From an uncultured archaeon (GTDB lineage Archaea > Asgardarchaeota > Thorarchaeia > Thorarchaeales > Thorarchaeaceae): a stretch of DNA of 9,420 nt. The first letter of the stretch is position 1. Each line of letters opens with the position of its first letter. The stretch covers positions 1 to 9,420 of the forward strand of contig CAYHAA010000038.1 of the NCBI GenBank assembly GCA_964354495.1, written 5' to 3'. Both the position numbers and the translations under genes were made by a program. Positions 1 to 6,570 of the stretch are shown one piece after another. Under the pieces are notes generated by a model. It was not told the DNA's origin. It saw nothing but the letters and a program-made list of their open reading frames with translations, and did no database searches.

Positions 1-2
1 TG

Positions 3-311
3 GGAGCTATGTTTATCGCCACAGGTGTGACTGCTCGCAATCCGAACTACGAGGATACCAAGTCACCAGCTCATCAGGCGAATCTGATGGCATCAGTACT
101 CCTCTCAGAGTTCTCTATCATGGGTGTTCTGCTGGTCGATCTCATCTTTACATTGGCGCTCAATATCGACCTAATGGGAGTCATGGCGGACCTCTTTGGT
201 CCCGGCAACTTCATGTATGGCATGACTTTCATGGGATTGGTATTTGAGTGGATGATAGGAGGACTTCTTGTCTGGTCAGGGATGCGAAGCCTCTCCAGGC
301 CCGACACATGA
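3..311 (+). CDS. C-terminal part of a multipass membrane protein, truncated at the window edge; possibly an ABC-exporter-type permease
   Basis: The frame is open from base 3 (GGA GCT ATG...) to TGA 309-311, so ATG 9 is probably internal. It has about 3 hydrophobic segments and a polar loop, ARNPNYEDTKS. The family call is tentative. Confidence 0.6.
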   Translation, partial: GAMFIATGVTARNPNYEDTKSPAHQANLMASVLLSEFSIMGVLLVDLIFTLALNIDLMGVMADLFGPGNFMYGMTFMGLVFEWMIGGLLVWSGMRSLSRPDT

Positions 312-331
312 AATAGCACAGCAATCGAAGA

Positions 332-350
332 CCTGATGAAATCCATCAGG
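332..350. terminator. Hairpin between convergent genes, candidate terminator
   Basis: CCTGATG (332-338), 5-nt loop, CATCAGG (344-350), followed on + by CCTCTTTT. It lies in the 46-bp gap between convergent stop codons. A 7-bp stem alone is near chance level; the position is the supporting evidence. Confidence 0.35.
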
Positions 351-357
351 CCTCTTT

Positions 358-1119
358 TCATTTAACGGAATGTATGACCATGTTTCTGCTCTCTTTTTTC
401 TCAAATGGACTTCTCACATAGTCCGAGAAGAACTCTATATGTTCAAAACCTGCCCCAACCAGGATATCGTTCAACAGGTCATACTTCAGATTCAATACCT
501 TCTGCGTAGACACCTCTGATGTCCGCTCTCCACCATTACTCCCAGAAACGGACATAATCAGTGTTGACGAATCCGGATAGTCTGTGTGCTCGAATAATCT
601 TGAAAAGGTCACCTCTGTCCCATCACTCAATTTGCCTGTCTTCGTCGGGAAAGTACGAAAACCAGTCCAATGGATTTCCTCAAAGTTCAACACTTGCGCA
701 ACAAAGGAGCCGCCATCATTTAGCAGTTCATAGAGTGTCTTCACAACATCTCTTACCGATTCAAAACTATTCAACAGGGCGAGCGAGTTGCCAAGACAGA
801 TGACCAGATCAAATGAACCCTCGACAACGTGGTCAACGTCGACCATATCTGCGATGATGAATATCGGTTCGACGCCACTTGTTTTCGCATGCTTTTGGGC
901 AGCCTGTATCATGGTTCTACTCATATCGAGACCAATGACCTGCGCCCCATGTTTTGCCAGCGAAACAGAATGCCGCCCACTTCCGCATGCCATATCTAAA
1001 ACCCGTTTCTCCATCGGATCGTTCAGTACTGATAGAAGGAACGGCATTTCTTGGCTGAGTCGAGCCTTCCAATCTATTGTATTGTCATAGGCCAACGTGA
1101 TGTCATCAAAAGCGCCCAT
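358..1119 (-). CDS. Class I SAM-dependent methyltransferase, glycine/sarcosine N-methyltransferase-like
   Basis: Motif I VLDMACGSGRH, acidic post-I motif IGLDMS, ADM motif, FDLVICLGNSL. ATG 1119 (MGAFDDITLAYD) is my preferred start; the ORF track extends to ATG 1155. Confidence 0.9.
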   Translation of the reverse strand: MGAFDDITLAYDNTIDWKARLSQEMPFLLSVLNDPMEKRVLDMACGSGRHSVSLAKHGAQVIGLDMSRTMIQAAQKHAKTSGVEPIFIIADMVDVDHVVEGSFDLVICLGNSLALLNSFESVRDVVKTLYELLNDGGSFVAQVLNFEEIHWTGFRTFPTKTGKLSDGTEVTFSRLFEHTDYPDSSTLIMSVSGSNGGERTSEVSTQKVLNLKYDLLNDILVGAGFEHIEFFSDYVRSPFEKKESRNMVIHSVK

Positions 1120-1189
1120 AATGTTGTCCTGATGATTACATATCCCTAAAAGCATACGCGTGCATACTTCATGCAGAGGATTTTCTAAA

Positions 1190-1438
1190 ATGCTAGGGCT
1201 TGCGGTACTGGCAGTGCTTGTTCTTGCGGCTGCAATAATCCTAATGAGCAGAACACGTAGGCGTGATACCAGAGGACCAAGAACACCTGAAGGCCCTTCA
1301 ATGGTCTACGCACCCGGCTCGCGCGATGTTGCAAGTGAGGTCTATTGGCCTGCAATGAGAGGAGGATCCACGACGGCGTTTCCGTTGTCCAAGAAAGAAG
1401 AGCGTGAGAAGACAGAGACCTACAGTGGCAAGAAATAG
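1190..1438 (+). CDS. Small hypothetical protein with an N-terminal membrane anchor
   Basis: From ATG 1190: hydrophobic MLGLAVLAVLVLAAAIILM followed by basic SRTRRR (positive-inside pattern) and a polar tail. It fills an otherwise empty 320-bp gap and stops 2 bp from the SDR stop. Confidence 0.55.
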   Translation: MLGLAVLAVLVLAAAIILMSRTRRRDTRGPRTPEGPSMVYAPGSRDVASEVYWPAMRGGSTTAFPLSKKEEREKTETYSGKK

Positions 1439-1440
1439 AT

Positions 1441-2250
1441 CTATTCACTCGAGGAATCTATTTCATCAGGTGTGAAGAGTACACGACCCTCCATACCTCC
1501 TGCTACATTGATTGTCTGACCACTGACATGGCCCGCAAGTCTGTCCGATGCTAGAAAGAGGATTACGCCAGCGATATCCTGCGGAACAGCAGTCTTCCGC
1601 ATAGGAATTGTCTGCAGTATTCTCGTCACCTTGTCCTTGTCAGCGAGCTCTTTCTCAGCCATTGCTGTAAGAGTCCATCCTGGGTTGACTAGGTTCACCC
1701 GTCCATTGCGAGCAAGATGAACTATCTCATTCTTCAGACTCATGAGCAGACCATGCATGCCTGCCTTTGTGGTGGAGTAGTCTGAGAACCATGCTTCTCC
1801 GAAATATCCTGCAGTGGATCCAATCATAATCAATGATGCATGCTCGCCCCTGAACTTCTTGAGGTTTGCAAAGAAGTATTTTGCACACAGGAATGTTCCA
1901 GTGAGGTTCACTGAGAGTGTCTTCTCCCACTGTTTCAGAGTCATATCTTGAACCGCCTTTTCCTCTGGAATCGATATGCCTGCATTAGCCACAAGCACAT
2001 CGACTCGTCCGAATGTCTGATTGGCTGCGTCAAACAAATCCTTTACATCGGTTTCTTTTGTCTGGTCTGTCCTTGCCATCTGGAACTGGTCTGGCCATGA
2101 GTCCTTCAAAGATTGAAGATTCCGTTTCGAATAATTGTATGTGCCAGTGACCCTTGCACCCTCCGCCAGAAATTGCTTGGTAGTTTCCATTCCAATTCCG
2201 CCGGAAGCTCCCGTGATTACTACATGCTTTTTCGAGAGTCCTGTGTCCAT
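1441..2250 (-). CDS. Classical short-chain dehydrogenase/reductase (SDR family)
   Basis: TGASGGIG (TGxxxGxG), VANAG, GST catalytic Ser region, YSTTK (YxxxK), NLVNPG, C-terminal GQTINVAGG. SD-like GAGGG upstream. Confidence 0.95.
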   Translation of the reverse strand: MDTGLSKKHVVITGASGGIGMETTKQFLAEGARVTGTYNYSKRNLQSLKDSWPDQFQMARTDQTKETDVKDLFDAANQTFGRVDVLVANAGISIPEEKAVQDMTLKQWEKTLSVNLTGTFLCAKYFFANLKKFRGEHASLIMIGSTAGYFGEAWFSDYSTTKAGMHGLLMSLKNEIVHLARNGRVNLVNPGWTLTAMAEKELADKDKVTRILQTIPMRKTAVPQDIAGVILFLASDRLAGHVSGQTINVAGGMEGRVLFTPDEIDSSSE

Positions 2251-2318
2251 GATATTCCCTCTTGATATTGACTATGCATCACACTATTAGTTCCATTTCA
2301 ATTAGATGTTGAGGACGT

Positions 2319-2813
2319 TCAAGCGGTCGAGCTAGCTTTCCAAAGGATCTTATGGTATCGTTCCACAAGCACCTCTGGCCAGCTGCCGACAGACCTGAGC
2401 AGGAGGTCAGCAGTCAACCCAACGTCCTTGTCAATGGCAAGCTCCTTGAGATTCGCGCACTGAAAGAGTGGCGATAGATCAATCCGTTTCAATCTGTTAT
2501 TCTCAAGATTCACCTCTTCAAGATTTGGACATGAGCCTAGAGGATTCAAATCCATCTCTTGAAGACGATTGTGATTCAGTCTGAGCGATTTCAGTCTCTT
2601 GCCACCTTTCTCAAGGGCTGAGAGATCGATTTCAGCAAGGGCGTTATTCCGTAGACAGAGGGACTCGAGGTTCTCACACCAGATGATCGGAAGTAGGTCG
2701 ACTGAGGCTATGTTCCTCAAGTCCAGATTGATAGTTGTCTCATCTGATCTGAACCTTGCTGTCTTTTCGAGGCCAGTCGCAGTTTCATACCTGATGAATA
2801 TCTCGGATACCAC
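2319..2813 (-). CDS. Leucine-rich repeat protein with about 4 repeats of 23-25 aa
   Basis: Repeats LESLCLRNNALAEIDLSAL, LKSLRLNHNRLQEMDLNPL and LEEVNLENNRLKRIDLSPL fit LxxLxLxxNxL. GGAGG at 2827-2823 favours GTG 2813 over GTG 2819. Confidence 0.9.
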   Translation of the reverse strand: MVSEIFIRYETATGLEKTARFRSDETTINLDLRNIASVDLLPIIWCENLESLCLRNNALAEIDLSALEKGGKRLKSLRLNHNRLQEMDLNPLGSCPNLEEVNLENNRLKRIDLSPLFQCANLKELAIDKDVGLTADLLLRSVGSWPEVLVERYHKILWKASSTA

Positions 2814-3019
2814 TATCACGTTCCTCCCATGCTACTCGGGTTGCACTTGCCCATGGAATGCATCCATAAAAAGAAATGGCCTCCATCTCAATCATACTTT
2901 AGCAAATACTTGTATGGATACTCCAAGCTGATGAACTCTCAGTATCGCTTGAGAATCGGACTCTCTAAATAGGAGCCTTTGGTCTAACTGACTTGCACTA
3001 CAAGGAGGAACACGATGAT

Positions 3020-3910
3020 ATGGTTGGTTCTGGTCATCCATCGACTTTCTCGGTCGTAGCTCGGGACCCCTCCAATGGAGATTTCGGAGTCATAGTCCAG
3101 TCCAAGTTCCCAGCCGTGGGTTCTGTTGTTCCATGGGCTAGGGCAGAGGCTGGAGCTGTTGCAACACAGGCTTGGGCTAACGTGTCCTATGGTCCAAGAG
3201 GATTGGACCTTCTCATGGCAGGTAAGAGCGCTTCTCAGACTCTGAGAACCATGTTAAGGGATGATGCAGGTGCACACCATCGACAAGTCGGTATCGTAGA
3301 CCGAAAGGGCCGGGCTGTCGCACACACTGGCAAGGAGTGCATGAGTTGGGCAGGTCATCTTATCGGGAAAGGCTTCACCTGTCAGGGAAACATCTTGGCT
3401 GGCGATGCTGTAGTGACCAATATGGCCAGTGCGTATGAGACGACTGACGGTGACATAATCGACAAGCTGTTTGCCGCGCTCAACGCAGGACAGTCTGCTG
3501 GAGGGGATCGTCGTGGGATGCAGTCTGCTGCAATAGTTGTCGTACGAAAAGGTGGTGGCTATGAAGGTGGAAATGATCGATACGTCGATGTTCGCGTCGA
3601 TGAACATCCGAGCCCCATCAACGAGCTTGAGCGCATCTTCAAGATATACGACATGACGCTCCTCAGCAGGGAAGACCCGAGCAAGCTGCGAACGATTGAA
3701 GGAGATCTCTCCATCAAGATTCAGCATGCTCTCGTATCGTTAGGATACTTAGATACACTCAGCAACGAAGTGTTCCCTGAAAGGGCCAAGGCAGCTCTTA
3801 CTGAATGGATTAACACCAACAACTTCGAGAACAAAGCACGCACTGATGGTACCATCTGGCAGAGCGTGATAGACTATCTTTTTCGAGATGCTGAGAAAAA
3901 CAAGACTTAG
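3020..3910 (+). CDS. DUF1028 family protein (Ntn-hydrolase-like) with a C-terminal putative peptidoglycan-binding-like domain
   Basis: Motifs TFSVVARD, GAVATQA..N..YG..GL.LL, GGDRRGMQSAA and RVDEHPSPINEL, recognised from memory of the family. C-terminal IQHALVSLGY...NNFENK...DGTIW resembles the PG_binding_2-like tail. AAGGAGGA precedes ATG 3020; the ORF track starts at TTG 2993. Confidence 0.9.
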   Translation: MVGSGHPSTFSVVARDPSNGDFGVIVQSKFPAVGSVVPWARAEAGAVATQAWANVSYGPRGLDLLMAGKSASQTLRTMLRDDAGAHHRQVGIVDRKGRAVAHTGKECMSWAGHLIGKGFTCQGNILAGDAVVTNMASAYETTDGDIIDKLFAALNAGQSAGGDRRGMQSAAIVVVRKGGGYEGGNDRYVDVRVDEHPSPINELERIFKIYDMTLLSREDPSKLRTIEGDLSIKIQHALVSLGYLDTLSNEVFPERAKAALTEWINTNNFENKARTDGTIWQSVIDYLFRDAEKNKT

Positions 3911-4079
3911 TCTGGTTGGCTCCAATGAATCTAATTTGAGATACAGACTAGAAGACTGAAGCCTCTATGCATGTCCGTACGGGCGGCAGTATCACACTAT
4001 TTGAAAATACACACTCTCTAAAAGGAGCAACATTCTAACGAAGCGATGTTCAATTTGATTGACTTGCGGGTGCGACGAC

Positions 4080-4349
4080 GTGAGCAGAGTACATGGACAC
4101 ATTGTCAGAGTCGACTGGTCCCTGTGCTATGGCTGCGAGAAGTGTATCTTGGCTTGTCCAACGGATGTATTCGCAACGAGCAGAGATACAACAGGAAAGT
4201 CCGTTGTTGATCCGATTCGGGAATCAGATTGTATTTTGTGCCTTGTCTGCGAGATTGTCTGTCCAGTTCAGGCCATCGCCGTTGAACGCGAAGGTGGCTC
4301 AGAGGATACATTACAGTCTTTGCTGCAAGGTACCAGAAAAACACGATGA
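4080..4349 (+). CDS. Dicluster 2x[4Fe-4S] ferredoxin
   Basis: Two CxxCxxCxxxCP motifs, CYGCEKCILACP and CILCLVCEIVCP. GGGTG (4068-4072) supports GTG 4080; the ORF track starts at TTG 4059. Confidence 0.9.
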   Translation: MSRVHGHIVRVDWSLCYGCEKCILACPTDVFATSRDTTGKSVVDPIRESDCILCLVCEIVCPVQAIAVEREGGSEDTLQSLLQGTRKTR

Positions 4350-4355
4350 GAGGTC

Positions 4356-5621
4356 ATGATGATGTTCGAAGAACTTCTTAGTGATGCAGAGGAAAAAATC
4401 AGGGATGAGGTTCGTGCTTTTGTGCGTGACAAGGTAGACCGTGAATTAATCATTGCTATGGACAGCAAGAAGAAGGAATACCCATACGATTTCATCAAGG
4501 TTGCAGCAAAGGAGAACCTTCTCGGCCTACGTTTCCCCAAGAAATACGGAGGAAGAGGACTTGGCTGGGTGTCCGAGGTGGTTGCACTGGAGGAGATTGG
4601 TGTCCTAGGCATTGCACTTGGTTGTGCATTCTCTCTTCCCAGTATTATTGGAGAAGCTATCAACAAGCATGGTACTCCAACTCAGAAGCAAGAATACCTG
4701 CTTCCTACACTCCAAGGGAAGAAAATCTGCGGAGAAGGACTCACCGAGCCTCGGGGAGGATCGGACTTCTTTGGCACGAACACAACCGCTGTAAAGAAAG
4801 GCGATATGTTCGTACTCAATGGTGAGAAGAGATTCGTAGCGGGTGGCGTCGGTGCTGACTACTTTCTGATATACGCAAAGACTGACTTCACAGCAAAACC
4901 ACATGAGTCGTTGAGTGCCTTCCTAGTGGACAGAGACATGGGCGTGAAGGTTGAGGAGGAGTACGAGCTCTTGGGTTGCCGTGGGATGGGGGCGGCCAGA
5001 ATTGTGATGAAGAATGTTGAGGTACCTGAATCCAACATTGTCGGTGACTTGAATGATGCCAATGCAGTCTTCAATACGATGATGGTGCCCGAAAGGCTCA
5101 CCTCGGCTGCTGGGCCTATCGGCATGGGACGTGCATGCCTTGAGATTGCTGTAAGGTATGCAGACAAACGGGAGGCTTTCGGTCGGCCAATTAGGAGCTA
5201 CGAAGCTATTAGTTTCAAAGTTGCTGACTGCATGACTCAGCTGGATGCAGCAAGGGGTCTAGTGTATCGGGCCGCAAAAAAGGCCGACACCGGCGAGTGG
5301 TGCAGAAAGGAGGTTTCACAGGCGAAAGTATTCGCCACAGAGGCCGGCTTCAATGCTGTTCACGAGGCGATGCAGATGCTAGGCGGAATTGGTTATACTG
5401 ATGTCTACCCCATTGAACGACTCTATCGAGACGCGCGTCTTGCGACAATCTGGACAGGCAGCAATGAAGTGCAGCGGCTGATAATTCAGAATGAGATCTT
5501 CAAGGAGATTCTCTCAGAGGACCGCTCCGCCAAGCGAGATGTAGAGCTTGACACTCCAGGTGCCCACAAGACCGCGGAAAAAGTGTATACAGAGGACCCC
5601 AGAAGGCACTATCCAAAGTAG
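4356..5621 (+). CDS. Acyl-CoA dehydrogenase (FAD-dependent)
   Basis: Motifs GLTEPRGGSD, LNGEKRF, GCRG, ERL, REAFGRPI, QMLGGIGY and IERLYRDAR. GAGGT at 4350-4354 suggests the third ATG (4362) may be the real start. Confidence 0.97.
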   Translation: MMMFEELLSDAEEKIRDEVRAFVRDKVDRELIIAMDSKKKEYPYDFIKVAAKENLLGLRFPKKYGGRGLGWVSEVVALEEIGVLGIALGCAFSLPSIIGEAINKHGTPTQKQEYLLPTLQGKKICGEGLTEPRGGSDFFGTNTTAVKKGDMFVLNGEKRFVAGGVGADYFLIYAKTDFTAKPHESLSAFLVDRDMGVKVEEEYELLGCRGMGAARIVMKNVEVPESNIVGDLNDANAVFNTMMVPERLTSAAGPIGMGRACLEIAVRYADKREAFGRPIRSYEAISFKVADCMTQLDAARGLVYRAAKKADTGEWCRKEVSQAKVFATEAGFNAVHEAMQMLGGIGYTDVYPIERLYRDARLATIWTGSNEVQRLIIQNEIFKEILSEDRSAKRDVELDTPGAHKTAEKVYTEDPRRHYPK

Positions 5622-5643
5622 TTTGATATGTCAGCAAAGCATA

Positions 5644-5666
5644 GATTAAAATACTAACTATAGTTA
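5644..5666 (+). promoter_or_regulatory. Candidate TATA-like box with an adjacent 12-bp palindrome (possible operator)
   Basis: AT-rich GATTAAAATA (5644-5653) followed by the perfect palindrome TAACTATAGTTA (5655-5666), in the gap upstream of the Cys/His microprotein and nitroreductase. Confidence 0.35.
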
Positions 5667-5741
5667 ATAGACACTGAGGAGCGAGTCATCTTTCAATCAG
5701 CTATGCCGCTCCGACTTACAACAGCAAAGCGAGGAAGAAGA

Positions 5742-5906
5742 ATGAGCAATTTTGTTTGTCCGAAATGTGGCGCGAGAGTATCAGTGCCCGTTCATTGTGG
5801 GAGAGAGATGCACATCGAAGGAGATCAGCTTGTGTGCTGGATGGGCCCTGTCTGCGGTCATCAGAGTATCCCTACCCATTGCGGAACATCTATGAAGCTG
5901 AAGTAA
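5742..5906 (+). CDS. 54-aa Cys/His-rich metal-binding microprotein, tandem desulforedoxin/zinc-ribbon-like
   Basis: GAGGA (5731-5735) precedes ATG 5742. Two units: CPKC-x8-HCGREM and CWMGPVC-x7-HCGTSM. The ORF track starts at ATG 5703. Confidence 0.8.
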   Translation: MSNFVCPKCGARVSVPVHCGREMHIEGDQLVCWMGPVCGHQSIPTHCGTSMKLK

Positions 5907-5936
5907 TAGAGAGAGGAGCATGTGGGATGACCTTTC

Positions 5937-6479
5937 ATGATTCTAGAGGAGATTATGAAAAGACATAGTGGCCGAGTGTTTACTGACAAACCGGTATCGA
6001 ACGAGATGCTCAACTCCATATTGGAGGCGGGTCGATGGGCACCTTCTTGCTCGAATACACAAGCTTGGAACTTCGTAGTTATACGTGACAAGGAAGCCCT
6101 TGCTGAGGCTCACGAAGCACTGAGCCGGGGCAACGCGTATGCAAAGGCTGCTCCTGTGATGATCATCGTTGCTGCAAAGGAAGATGGAGGTTGCCCCATG
6201 CATGAACTCCCATACTTTGCGATGGATGTCGGTCTTGCGGTCGAAAACATGCTTCTTCAGGCAGTACATCTTGGATTGATGGGACATCCAACTGCTGGGT
6301 GGGATGAAGCTAAGCTAAAGGAGATCACAGGAATACCCAAAGACTATCGAATTGTCACTGTTGTCTTCTTTGGGTATGAAGGAGACATCACGCTCTTGGA
6401 TGAGGAAGCCCGCGCAAAAGCAAGTAGACCGCGCACGCGGCGTCCGCTATCTGAAATTGTGCATTGGAATAAATGGTGA
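5937..6479 (+). CDS. Nitroreductase family protein (FMN-dependent)
   Basis: N-terminal KRHSGRVF, ILEAGRWAPSCSNTQAW, DVGLAVENMLLQAVHLGL, and C-terminal RTRRPLSEIVHWNKW. Confidence 0.95.
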   Translation: MILEEIMKRHSGRVFTDKPVSNEMLNSILEAGRWAPSCSNTQAWNFVVIRDKEALAEAHEALSRGNAYAKAAPVMIIVAAKEDGGCPMHELPYFAMDVGLAVENMLLQAVHLGLMGHPTAGWDEAKLKEITGIPKDYRIVTVVFFGYEGDITLLDEEARAKASRPRTRRPLSEIVHWNKW

Positions 6480-6570
6480 GAGAAGGAAGTCGACTGAGTG
6501 TATATCCGATTCATCGGGTTCCAAAGAGTTAATGTTCCGAACTGAACAATATTAGTGAGGAGAATACCTG

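Noticed and set aside
309-364. UGA readthrough of the first ORF with the 332-350 hairpin as a SECIS
   Set aside because: Readthrough would add a motif-free 17-aa tail. The hairpin is a simple short stem with no SECIS-like kink-turn core, and a terminator role is more parsimonious.
2599-2931. 110-aa + strand ORF
   Set aside because: It is mostly antisense to the LRR gene, with no SD and no motif.
3254-3727. 157-aa antisense ORF
   Set aside because: Shadow of the well-supported DUF1028 gene.
4268-5167. Several antisense and alternate-frame ORFs within the ACAD
   Set aside because: Shadow ORFs of a conserved gene.
5632-5730. 9-bp direct repeat CAGCAAAGC at 5632-5640 and 5722-5730
   Set aside because: Only two short copies with no element features between them; compatible with chance.
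6506-6517. Mini inverted repeat CCGAT-TC-ATCGG after the nitroreductase
   Set aside because: The 5-bp arms and 2-nt loop are too short to support a call.
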